A stretch of DNA of 63,809 nucleotides, the filler included, from Cercozoa sp. M6MM (lineage: Eukaryota; Protista; Endomyxa: Ascetosporea): the NCBI GenBank assembly GCA_040357565.1. It is 11 parts of 11 records of this genome, joined end to end, with 100 filler letters (N's around TTAATTAATTAA, not from the genome) between each part and the next. Parts side by side here need not be neighbours in the genome. Positions count along the whole stretch, not along the records: positions 9,462 to 16,400 come from JBDODJ010000677.1; positions 16,501 to 24,776 come from JBDODJ010000549.1; 9 more parts are not named here. The stretch is one strand, 5' to 3'. The notes beneath the pieces were generated by a model. It saw only the letters and a list, made by a program, of their open reading frames with translations. It was not told where the DNA came from and ran no database searches. Shown here one piece after another: positions 11,703-21,967 of this stretch (position 1 is the first letter of the stretch; each line of letters begins with the position of its first letter). The translations under genes and the position numbers were made by a program.

Positions 11703-12254
11703 ACAAAGGACAGATAAGCGATATATACGCAGGTCGGTGCGCACGCATACGACGCCAAGCGAGTTGAATTGTTCGCCCTGTGTGTGTGCGTGTGTTTGTG
11801 GTACAGGGTATGGGGCACAGGGGGATACAACTACAGAGGTACAATACCATCACTCGCAGTGCCGAACACGTGGTGCAGGTCGGCGTCACACCAGTCGCCA
11901 TGCTGCAGCAAGGCGTGCTGCAGCACCTCACGCACCGTGCGCGTCTGCAAGTATGCCGGCAGCCGCGGCAGCACCGGCCACCGCGCCACTACAGAGAGAG
12001 AGACGGGTGAAATGCCTGTCTTAAGCACACCGAGCATACCACGTGGCGGCACACGTGCGCACGGTAGACGCCCGCGATCGGACAGCTTGGTGTAGTGCGC
12101 AACCTGCAAGAGGTGACAGCGTGTATACAGGGGGTGTGTACATGTAACGTAACGGGGAGGGGGGGCAGCGTACCAACTCAGCAATGTGCGCACGTGACAG
12201 TGGCAAGCGAAACGCCACTTCGAACACTCGCTCGTTCTGTTTATATGGAGGTAA

Positions 12255-12317
<63 letters not shown>

Positions 12318-12417
12318 NNNNNNNNNNNNNNNNNNNNNNNNNNNNNNNNNNNNNNNNNNNNNNNNNNNNNNNNNNNNNNNNNNNNNNNNNNNNNNNNNNN
12401 NNNNNNNNNNNNNNNNN

Positions 12418-12457
<40 letters not shown>

Positions 12458-14570
12458 ACGCACCTCCTCTATCGAGGCCAACGGCGTGCGAGTCATTACG
12501 GCAAAAACGTCGAGTGCCGTGTCGCACTGCAGCAGCGCCGCCTCGCGCACTGTAGGCAAGGGGTGAAGGGGGCAGGGGGTAAGTGGAAGGTAAATGGGAC
12601 TACCGTCAAAGAGCGCGAGCAACACGCGCAACAGCGCCTTTTTGCCCTCATTGAACAGAACGTCCAGTAGACGCACCTTGTACCTCGCATCTGCCCAGGG
12701 ATTGGGTAAACAGTAGAACAGTAGGGGGTACGCGGGTGTAAGCTAGGCAAAGCTACCAAGGGAGAGACCGCCCAGCTCGTGCAGCAGCACCTCACACAGC
12801 GAGGGCATGTGCACGCCGCACTCGTTCTCCAGGTGACATGTCACACGCGGAAACAGATTGAACACTAGCGACGCCGTCGCGTGCACCAACGTGGCCCACT
12901 CGCATGCACCCACCGGCAGCACCTCCCTCTGTCCGGGGGTGGGGTAACAAGAGGTAAGTGTGCAGCGACTGGGTACCATAACAAAGGCATGCAGGAACGC
13001 AAAGATATCGCCACGCGTGTCGACAACCGTCGCAGTCGGCGACTCGGACGACGCATGCGACAGCAGCAGCGTCTCGTGCATCAGTCGCGCCATCAGCACC
13101 AGGGGCGGACACCTGTACACACACGTGATATGTGACCATACTAAGTGTGACCATCCTCAGTGACTAGGACCACTGCAGTGTTGGCACGTGGTCTGCCAGC
13201 ACGCACGTGACCGATCGGATCTCGCGTGCCTCGTGCACTGTGCGTGGACAATCAGTACGCTCCTACCACCCCTAAAAACAACTGCGCATGTGTATGCACT
13301 ACAAGCCACGCCAGTCGGCGCGAACGGCGCAATGAAAGCCTCCGGGTAGGCTTGCTCCTCCTCTGCGCATACTGCGGGTAGAAACAACGAGCAGGGCAGG
13401 TAAGACTAACGTACCCGGACAGTCGCCAAAGGTACGTCTTTTGGCACGTGTCCACAGTGACTCCGATGGCACGTGCAGACATTGCGCCCAGATCTTTCTG
13501 CACCAAGGCGGGTGGGAGTTAAAAGGGCAATGGGGGATGAGTGGGTAAGCGGAAAGGATACAGCCTGGCGCCGAGCGGAATGCCCTGTCGCAGGGCGAAC
13601 TTGAGCTGCTTGGGATTCGAAAGGTCGACCGTGCTGGCGCGCCGGCGGCGTTCCGGTCGCGCGGCACGTGTCGACGAGTGCACCACGACGGCACATGCGT
13701 CGTCGTCATCGTCCTCCAACTCGTCGATGTCAAACAAGTCGCTGTACACCAAAGACATACCTACTCCCTTACCCCTACCCCCCCAGTAATACCATCTGCT
13801 CCGTGTTACCTCGTGTTGCGATAGGCGAGCGCAAAGTCGTCATCGTCCGTGTCCAAAGTGTCCTGCGTTGAGTGCGATCGGAACAAGTCGCCGCGGCGTC
13901 GCTCGTGAGCGCCGGCGTGATCACTCAGCAGCGACAGCGACGACAAGTTCTTTCGCGTCATCTCGGGACGGTCCGACGTGCCCGATACACCGCCTGCAGA
14001 AGGGGAGTCATAGGGGCAAAAAGGCAAGGGGCCAACAGCAACAGTGTACTCAGTAGCGACAGCGACGACAGATTCTTTCGTTGCTGCGCTTTCGGGCTGC
14101 CTTCTGTGTCTGCGACATATAAAGAAGTGGAGGGGGTAAAGACAAAGACACTAAGACACACGGACGTACGCAAGTGCATGCTGCTGGGGTGTCGCATCAA
14201 CGTGTAGTCGTCGTCGTCCGTGTCGCTGCCGCTGGCACTGTTGTTGCCGTTGTTGACACTGTTGCTGTCGCTCTGCATCAGACGCCAGCTTGACTGCAAT
14301 CACATAAGGGTAGGGCAAAACAGGTGGGTCAGGGGCCGATTCACCTGCCAACGACGCAGCATACGTGCGCGCCAGTTGAGCGAGACGCGGATGGCCACAT
14401 GCGTGTTCTGCCACGAGGGTGCCAAGGGGATAGCACAGGAAGACAAAGTCAAGGCAGACACGGAGGCAGTACAATGTCGGAGTAGTGCGCATGTTGCGTC
14501 GAATAGCACGACGAGCGGCGTTTCGGAGTGGTTTTCTACCTCAATCCAACAATCCAACAATCCAACAATA

Positions 14571-14613
<43 letters not shown>

Positions 14614-15894
14614 AGGAAAGGGAGAAAGAGTACATCGGCAGGCACAACCGAAGGTTCCCGCGGTCGCACAGCAGCGACAGAGAAACTGTCATCAGGCGCG
14701 CTTTTGTTAAGGGGACTAACGACACTGTCGTCCTTGTTGGCGTCGTCGTGGTTGACGTAGTCTTCGTCGACGTCACTGCTGACGTCGTTGGCACCGATGT
14801 CGCCATTGTTGGGCGCAGCGTTGGCATCGGTACCGTTCGCACTGGCGATGGCGCCATTGTCGGTGTCGTTGTTGGGCAGACCGTTGTCGTCGGCGCTGCC
14901 ACTGTTGCTGTTGGACGCGTTGTCCAGAAGGTCCCACTCGTCCTCCTCCTGCACGTGCGTTGCTGTGCCCGTGCTCAGCAAGGAGAGCCATCTGCGATAC
15001 AGACAGTATAGAAAGATAGTACATGCACACCGAATAGATTGTCTACCGCTCCCGTTCGACATCTGTGTTGGCTGCTAGCTGCGTGTACACAGAAATACTC
15101 ACGTGTCAGCACACAGACACACAGACACCCTAACACACACATACCTGCATCCACTCGTCCACGGTTTCGAGAACAAAGCGGCGCTCGCCACCGATCTAAG
15201 AAAACAGAAACATACAGTTAAAGAAACGAGAGGGTTAAAAAGGTGGACCAAAGGGAAAGAAACTACCTCTTGACATTCACGGCATGGGAAGGACCGCTCC
15301 CACTCGGGTGCCTATCGAAAAACTAATCTCTCCAAGCCTACAGAATCCCACAAAACAGGTGCGCTGTTGTACATATGCTGGAGTGTCGCCATTGGCGCAA
15401 AATGCGGCACACGGACGCAGCGAGCAGCTCGTGCGACCCACGAATGCACCCTGAGCAACCATCAGACCATTGACCGTTCCAACCACACAGCGAGCCATGG
15501 TATGGTATCTCAGGTGTCCCAAAGTACGTTCAAGTCCACTCGCTTGACCTCGTTCACGTTTGGGTCATTAAAGAAGAGGTAGCGACCTTGCAACACTGTT
15601 CACAAGGCACACGTGTACATTGACAAACTTGTCCAGCAACTGCAAAAAGATGATCACCGCATTGCTCTTGTCGCCAGGAAGAATCCGACCGCACCCACAA
15701 AGTGCGTAAGGTCGATTCCATGCATTCACACGCAACGATCGCCACTCAAGAGCACGTTCTAATGGGTCTTGCTCGATTTCTTTTAATATTTTTGGGCGAT
15801 CTGGACGAATGTTGCGCCCGCTTGAAAGCGTGCCGACTGGCAATTGCCAGATCAGGTTGCGAGCATTAGACGCCGAGCTAGTGATTTCTGGCAC
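10899..15894 (-). CDS. PH-like + Rab-GAP/TBC + TLDc-like protein (TBC1D24-like C-terminal architecture); start uncertain
   Basis: PH-type end IGGERRFVLETVDEWMQLAANTDVERERWLSLLS; TBC motifs KQLKFALRQGIP..R..YLWRLS, LVFNLFPRVTCHLE, RLLDVLFNEGKKALLRVLLALF; TLDc-like VFGTASDG, DTNAFVFSV and terminal GHFDVVDLDIFVLE-stop (TAA 10899-10901). Confidence 0.72.
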
Positions 15895-16187
15895 GGGCTA
15901 CTGATTTCTTGGTACGTTACGTGCTAACAATGAGGTGCACGAGCCACACGAGCTCCCCTTTGTTCGTTTTTCTATGCCCCCAAGTTTCGCTTTTCTTGTG
16001 TCATGCACTTAGTGCAAGAGGTGTTGTGCCATCTTTTGTGATCCAAAATTTGCACATACCTTGGCCTTCGCTGCTGTCAATTCCATTTTCCAATCTTGCG
16101 CAGCCACGAGAGTCACACGTGCACCGTTGGTGTTGTTTGTTGAAGCGCACGAAGTCGGAGGCACGCTAACGTAGAACAGGCACCGTC

Positions 16188-16242
16188 ATGTCGGATATGA
16201 AGTACGACGACGGCTCGTACCGCGCCGTGGTGTGCGACAACG
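16188..16242 (+). CDS. Actin-family protein (Arp2-like), first exon only
   Basis: MSDMKYDDGSYRAVVCDNG followed by a GT donor; VVCDNG is the actin phosphate-1 loop as seen in Arp2. The rest is lost at the contig end. Confidence 0.75.
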
Positions 16243-16292
<50 letters not shown>

Positions 16293-16352
16293 GGCAGTGC
16301 ACTGCAGAGTCGCTCACTGTTCAGCAATGCACCCATGGCCAGTTGTACCCTC

Positions 16353-16390
<38 letters not shown>

Positions 16391-16505
16391 TCTCTCTCTC
16401 NNNNNNNNNNNNNNNNNNNNNNNNNNNNNNNNNNNNNNNNNNNNTTAATTAATTAANNNNNNNNNNNNNNNNNNNNNNNNNNNNNNNNNNNNNNNNNNNN
16501 CGCGC

Positions 16506-16563
<58 letters not shown>

Positions 16564-17318
16564 TTGTGTGTGTAGAAGTTCCGAGTTCTGACTAATTTCT
16601 AGAAATCTGAACTAATTTTTAGAAATCCTGGAAAATCTCTAGAAAAAATACCCTATGTAGAAATCTCTAAATAGTCATTCGAAATTTCTAGAAGCCGCCA
16701 CGGCGGGGCACGAATCCTCGCATTCCGGGCGGGCCTAGTCAGCGTCGCTATCGGCGTCGCTCGACTTCCTTTGCGCCGCCAGAGCGGCAGTGAACGCTTT
16801 CGACTTGCTGACGGGTGGCCCAGCGAAGCACTACAAACGCCATAGCATGCGCTCCCGTGCAGATGTCGCGTGCGATCTCGTTGCGAACGACACACACGCG
16901 CTCCGTCGGCCGCTCGCCAACCTCAGTGACTGCTCGATCACAGCATTACACGCACCGGACGAGCGCGACTGGAACGTGACAATCGCAATTATCGAGACAC
17001 CGCAACAGATCAAGGAGACACACCTGTGCGGCAGCACCGACGACCCAAGGCGATGTAGACTAAATGATGCGATCACTAAGGCACACTAACAAGAAACCAC
17101 GGACATCTCACAGGGCTCTATTGCAAAATTCAGATGAGGCACGACAGACCAAGAAAATGTACTGTGTGCCAGCACAGGGGCCCAGTTGATCCTGGCGGAA
17201 TTATGCGATCACAGTCACGCTTCAGTCAGTCGGATTGTATTCTAGTGGCTGGCTGACTCTGGAGGAGCACCGACATCCAGCAGTGCTGGATTTAAAATGG
17301 AGGAGCACCGACATGGGC

Positions 17319-17578
17319 TGTAAGTACCGCCCGTGGACAACGCGGCCTTAATTAACGGAGCGCCGAGACGCCCTTGAGAGAGAGAATATTCAAGTTTCAT
17401 AAGAGACTTTCTTTTGCGAGTGTTACACGACGAAAACCTTCACTGGACCTCTCCTACAGGCTCTACGTCTTGTCTCTTGTGATAAACAAAGAGTACGTTG
17501 CTCACTACAATATTCTTCAAGGGCATTCAATTCCCGATTCCTTGCAAGTTGAGACCTGCCCCTGGCTCAACTCTTGCA
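17319..17578 (+). repeat. 5' LTR (260 bp)
   Basis: TGTAAG...CTTGCA; appears identical to the 3' LTR by eye. Confidence 0.96.
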
Positions 17579-17579
17579 G

Positions 17580-17597
17580 TGGTGGAGAATCCGGGTT
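17580..17597 (+). promoter_or_regulatory. Primer-binding site, probably tRNA-Ala
   Basis: TGGTGGAGAATCCGGG starts 1 nt after the LTR. Its reverse complement ..ATTCTCCACCA matches the 3' end of eukaryotic tRNA-Ala as recalled. Confidence 0.75.
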
Positions 17598-17797
17598 GCT
17601 TTTGCTCAAAATATTGTTTCCTTTGCCTTTCGGATTTTTTTCCGGCAACCCTCCAACCACACCCAGTTTCACGTATCTCACCTCTGATTCTGGTTTGATC
17701 CCCAGTTTCACGTATTTCACCTCTGATTCTGGTTCGATCCAAGCGATCCAAGCGATCCAAGCGATCCAAGCTATCTCCTTCCAACCGCTTTGGCTAG

Positions 17798-18550
17798 CTT
17801 CTCAAGAGCATTGCTGCCATTGAGCCGTGCACATCACACAATGTGAGGCACAATCCGCTCATTGCCACCAAGCCTCTTGGCAACGGTCTGTTGAAGTCCC
17901 GCTTCACAGTCGACCTCAAGCTTGCCAACGAGCGACTCACACCAGCAGCCAACATCCCTAACGCTGACCGCGAAGCTGTCCTGCAATGGTTCGCTTCCAA
18001 ACCTGTCCGCACCTCCCTCGATGTCCAAGACCAGTTCACCATGATACCTCTACACGAGAAAGCCAGACACACGTCTGCATTTCATGATGGTCGGGGTAGC
18101 GTCTGGCAGTTCTGCCGCGTACCTCAAGGAGCAGCCTACGCACCTGCTGCCGGGCAATACTGTTCCAACATGGTCTGGGGAGAGATGATCTCACGAGGTG
18201 AAGTTACAGTGTTTATGGATGACGTAAACCTCGGTGCTCACTCGCCCGAGGAGATGCTGCACCTGTTCGTGCAAGCCACGGACAGAGCTGTGAGCGCTCG
18301 CTTCCCGATCAAACCCGAGAAGGTGCAGGTTGGCTTCAACCGCATCGAAGCACTCGGAAAAATCATCGTTGGAAAAGAGATAGCACCCACGCGCTCCACG
18401 ATCAATGCCATCGATCGCTACGAGCGACCCAAAACAGTCAAACAGATGAAACGGTTTGTTGGGATGGTGCAACAACTGCAAAGTCATGTACCTGACCTCA
18501 GTGGCCTGCTCAGTCCTCTGACGGACCTCCTGAAGGAAGACTGCAACTGA
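17798..18550 (+). pseudogene. Gypsy reverse transcriptase, N-terminally truncated and frameshifted at its end
   Basis: LLKSIAAIEPCTS.., RFTVDLKLANERL, SLDVQDQFTMIPL..TSAF, RVPQGA..AP, FMDD active site, PEKVQ..IEALG, KTVKQMKRFVGMV. Confidence 0.9.
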
Positions 18551-18551
18551 T

Positions 18552-20924
18552 GCTTTCGAATGGACGAACGCTGCAACTGATGCTTTCGATTCTGTCAAAG
18601 CAGCCTGCAGACAGAGCATTTCCATGGTCGCTCATGACCAAAACAAACCCACGCTCTTCATATCAGACGCTAGCGACACTGCCATAGGTGGTGCTGTGGC
18701 ACAGCAAGACGAGAGCGGCGCCTTGCGCTACATTGCTCTCTTCTCGCGCAAGCTGTCACCCACCCAGCGCAACTACAGTGCCACGAAGCTCGAAGCACTG
18801 GGCGTGCTGCTCACAGTGCGACGCTTCCAGCACTACGCTACGTTACAGAACATCATCTGGTCTGACCACAAGTCGCTCCAGCAGGCATTCTTTACCTCTG
18901 AAGATGCCATCTTGACTCGCTGGCGACAGCTGATACACAACGCTATCGGCAACTTTCGGGTCGTTCACGTTCCGGGCTCTGACAACCTTGTCTGCGATGC
19001 GCTCAGCCGCAGTCTCGGCAAGGGTCCTACGAAACAAGCTTTCGGGACAAAGCTCAGACGGATCAGGTCTCACCTGCCTCTCGGCGTTCTCGCTGCAGTC
19101 GCCGAATCGGCAGTGTCGACCGATGAGCATTTCGATCTGTGTGACACTGACTCTCAGTCTGTGATGACAGTTCATGAGAGGGAGTTGTACCATCTAACCC
19201 ATGGTCGGTCAGCACCGACTGCCACTGCTGACACCATTGGCAGTCTCAGCGGCGGTGACCCATATGTGGCAGCCTACCTCGTGAGCGGCGGTCTCCTGCT
19301 TTCATCTGACCTTGTTGAGGACGCTCTCAAGTGTCGAGAGCTGCCGATGACCGTCCAGCGCGAGGAAGCCTGCGCACTTAGCGCCATGGAGCGTGCTGCT
19401 GCAGAAGCACGCTCGCATGGACAGTCACCCCCTGTGCGACCACTACCCTCCATGATACCCGACCTCACAGTCGAGCTGATCAGACGCGAACAGCAGCTGG
19501 ACCCTGCGCTCAGCGAACTCAAAAATCTCATCGTTCAGCGGGACATCCCATCTGTGGTCAAAGAACTCTCCCAGGCACTCAAGCCCTGGAATCATGCGGT
19601 GATCGCAAACTCACCCTACATCAACGCTGATAGACTCATTTGCTCGAAGTTCCCTGCTCGAAAAGCTCAAGCTAGCTTTCAGCAGTTCCAAGAGATAGTG
19701 CTCTTACCTCAGACACTGTCTCGACTCGCCCTACACCACGAGCACGTCGCAGGCTTCGCCCTGCACGAACAGTCTAGCGCTATGCTCAAACGCTTGCAGT
19801 CTCGCTTCTACTGGCCAAAGATGCGGACTCAAGTTCATGAGCACATCCAAGACTGCGACTGGTGTCGTGTCCATCACGGCTTTCCTCGCAAGAAAGCCTT
19901 GCTTCACTCTGAAGATATGGATCACGTTCTCAAACCCCTAGATAAGGTGCACGTTGACTTTGTCCGGGTCCAACCTGCATCTTCGGGCGAGTCCTACGTC
20001 TTCGTTGCACAAGACAGAGCAACTCGAGCAATCTTCCTCGCCGCGTCCCATCGCGCAGATGCCAAAACAGCAGCCTACAACATGATCAAATTCAGCTCGC
20101 TGTACGGACCTCCGAAGCTGGTTGTGCACGACCACGGTCCCGAGTTCATCAATGAGTTCTTCCGCACCATCCACAAAATAATGGGAACGGACCTCGTGAC
20201 AACAACTGTCAGATGGCCTCAAGCAAACCTCGCTGAGCGCCCCAACAGATGGATTCCCCTTAAAATCAAAGCCTTGGCTGAACGAGCACGAGACTGGCCC
20301 TTGCTGCTCCCTGTTGTCAGCATGACATACAACTGCACCCCTCACTCCTCTACCGGTGTGAAACCTTTTGAAGCTCTCTTCTACCGTGAGGCACGACCCC
20401 TGGTCAGCACGGCACGAAGAATGCAGCTCGCGCAACAAAGGTTCACTAGCGCCTCCGCCCGGTACAAGGCGCAACTTGCCCTTGAGTTTGCAAAGGAGCA
20501 AGAGACGGCGGCTAAAGCAGTACAGGAAGCATACAAAGTCGCTGAGTACAACCAGCAGCATCACGGTGCTCGCAGTACCAGGGAATACTCGGTAGGTGAG
20601 TTTGTCCGCCGCGACATCTCCTTTCGCATGCCGAACCTACTCGACCGTAAAGCCGGACCTCGCTGGGAATGTGGCTGGCGGATCACACGCTGCCTCGGCA
20701 ACGGTGTTTACGAGATCACGCGAGATGACAAGATCCTTCGAGTCATCTTCGCCGAGTTGCTTCCCGATCCTGCCAGCAACAGACACGCTGTTCGTGACAT
20801 CACGGAGCCTCCTGCCAAAAGAGTCAAAACAGCACTCACACCCTTCTGCGAGACCGATGTTTCGAGGGTCCGCTCCTTCTGGAGACGCCGAGGGAATGCT
20901 ATGTGTTCATCTCCTGCTACATGA
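18552..20924 (+). CDS. Gypsy pol continuation: RNase H + spacer + HHCC zinc finger + DDE integrase
   Basis: AFEWTNAATDAFDSVK; ISDASD..GGAVAQ..FSRKL..RNYSATKLEALG..SDHKSL; H..H..FYWPKM..CDWC; VHVDF, HDHGPEF, LAERPN; YNCTPHSSTGVKPFE. Confidence 0.93.
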   Translation, partial: AFEWTNAATDAFDSVKAACRQSISMVAHDQNKPTLFISDASDTAIGGAVAQQDESGALRYIALFSRKLSPTQRNYSATKLEALGVLLTVRRFQHYATLQNIIWSDHKSLQQAFFTSEDAILTRWRQLIHNAIGNFRVVHVPGSDNLVCDALSRSLGKGPTKQAFGTKLRRIRSHLPLGVLAAVAESAVSTDEHFDLCDTDSQSVMTVHERELYHLTHGRSAPTATADTIGSLSGGDPYVAAYLVSGGLLLSSDLVEDALKCRELPMTVQREEACALSAMERAAAEARSHGQSPPVRPLPSMIPDLTVELIRREQQLDPALSELKNLIVQRDIPSVVKELSQALKPWNHAVIANSPYINADRLICSKFPARKAQASFQQFQEIVLLPQTLSRLALHHEHVAGFALHEQSSAMLKRLQSRFYWPKMRTQVHEHIQDCDWCRVHHGFPRKKALLHSEDMDHVLKPLDKVHVDFVRVQPASSGESYVFVAQDRATRAIFLAASHRADAKTAAYNMIKFSSLYGPPKLVVHDHGPEFINEFFRTIHKIMGTDLVTTTVRWPQANLAERPNRWIPLKIKALAERARDWPLLLPVVSMTYNCTPHSSTGVKPFEALFYREARPLVSTARRMQLAQQRFTSASARYKAQLALEFAKEQETAAKAVQEAYKVAEYNQQHHGARSTREYSVGEFVRRDISFRMPNLLDRKAGPRWECGWRITRCLGNGVYEITRDDKILRVIFAELLPDPASNRHAVRDITEPPAKRVKTALTPFCETDVSRVRSFWRRRGNAMCSSPAT

Positions 20925-21524
20925 TGGCACATCACGCCGCATGTTCTGGAGCTCTCTCACACGTGACCTCCAAGCTTGTTTCCTCCCAATTCTGCCGCGA
21001 GAACTACACAGCGATGTGTGGAAACTCAACCGTACACTCAAACTGTACGAACCAACCCAGCAAATTGACGTGCAAGCTTCATTGAGAACACACTCCTAGC
21101 TAGCATGACACACTAGCCACCTCCCACACACCCTCAATCTCTCAACATCGGTCGATGCAGTCCGAGCTCAGGTCTCGCTGAATCAACTTGACCTTGACCT
21201 GAAGCTAGAACAAAAATTCCTCACATCAAGGACACATGCTGTCCGGGTAGGTTTTTCATCGCTCCGCGCGGTTTTCCTCCCAACAACCTCAAACCGTGGG
21301 TTTTACCATCTCTTGATGCGTCTTTCCCCACACATCATCAACAACCATAAACTGTGGGTTTTACCATCCCTTGATGCGTCTTTCCCCACACATCATCAGG
21401 TTTTCCATCATCCTGCATGGTTTTTTTCCTGAATATCATGAAACCTTCTCTCTCCAACTCTTCCTGCAATTGTCCACGGTCTCACTTACCTCCTACTCGA
21501 CCTCTCCATCGAAGGGGGGAGCAC

Positions 21525-21784
21525 TGTAAGTACCGCCCGTGGACAACGCGGCCTTAATTAACGGAGCGCCGAGACGCCCTTGAGAGAGAGAATATTCAAG
21601 TTTCATAAGAGACTTTCTTTTGCGAGTGTTACACGACGAAAACCTTCACTGGACCTCTCCTACAGGCTCTACGTCTTGTCTCTTGTGATAAACAAAGAGT
21701 ACGTTGCTCACTACAATATTCTTCAAGGGCATTCAATTCCCGATTCCTTGCAAGTTGAGACCTGCCCCTGGCTCAACTCTTGCA
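21525..21784 (+). repeat. 3' LTR (260 bp)
   Basis: Same sequence as 17319-17578; preceded by a polypurine tract and followed by TSD GGGC. Confidence 0.96.
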
Positions 21785-21967
21785 GGGCCTTAATCTTTCT
21801 GCCATTTTAAATCCAGCACTGCTAAACGCATTTGCCGATCGTTCGTTGTGCTCAGTCGAGCGATGCACCCATTGTTTCTCGTGCAAAGGCGTGAGTTGCC
21901 ACCTCGAAAACTCTCAAATCCCTTTCTTTTCCGCCCTTACTCCAAGTCCGGCAGAAATAGGATACTA

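Larger units (their letters stand above)
17319..21784 (+). mobile_element. Ty3/Gypsy LTR retrotransposon, non-autonomous (gag and protease absent, pol frameshifted)
   Basis: 260-bp LTRs TG..CA at 17319-17578 and 21525-21784; 4-bp TSD GGGC (17315-17318, 21785-21788); PBS TGGTGGAGAAT at 17580; PPT GAAGGGGGGAG at 21511-21521; domain order RT-RNaseH-integrase. Confidence 0.96.

Noticed and set aside
16790-17089. 99-aa ORF upstream of the LTR element
   Set aside because: No recognisable motif and no convincing splice path; left uncalled.
17374-17823. 149-aa ORF as gag
   Set aside because: Starts inside the LTR at a non-ATG codon, runs over the PBS and UTR repeats, and has no gag features; the same start recurs in the 3' LTR.
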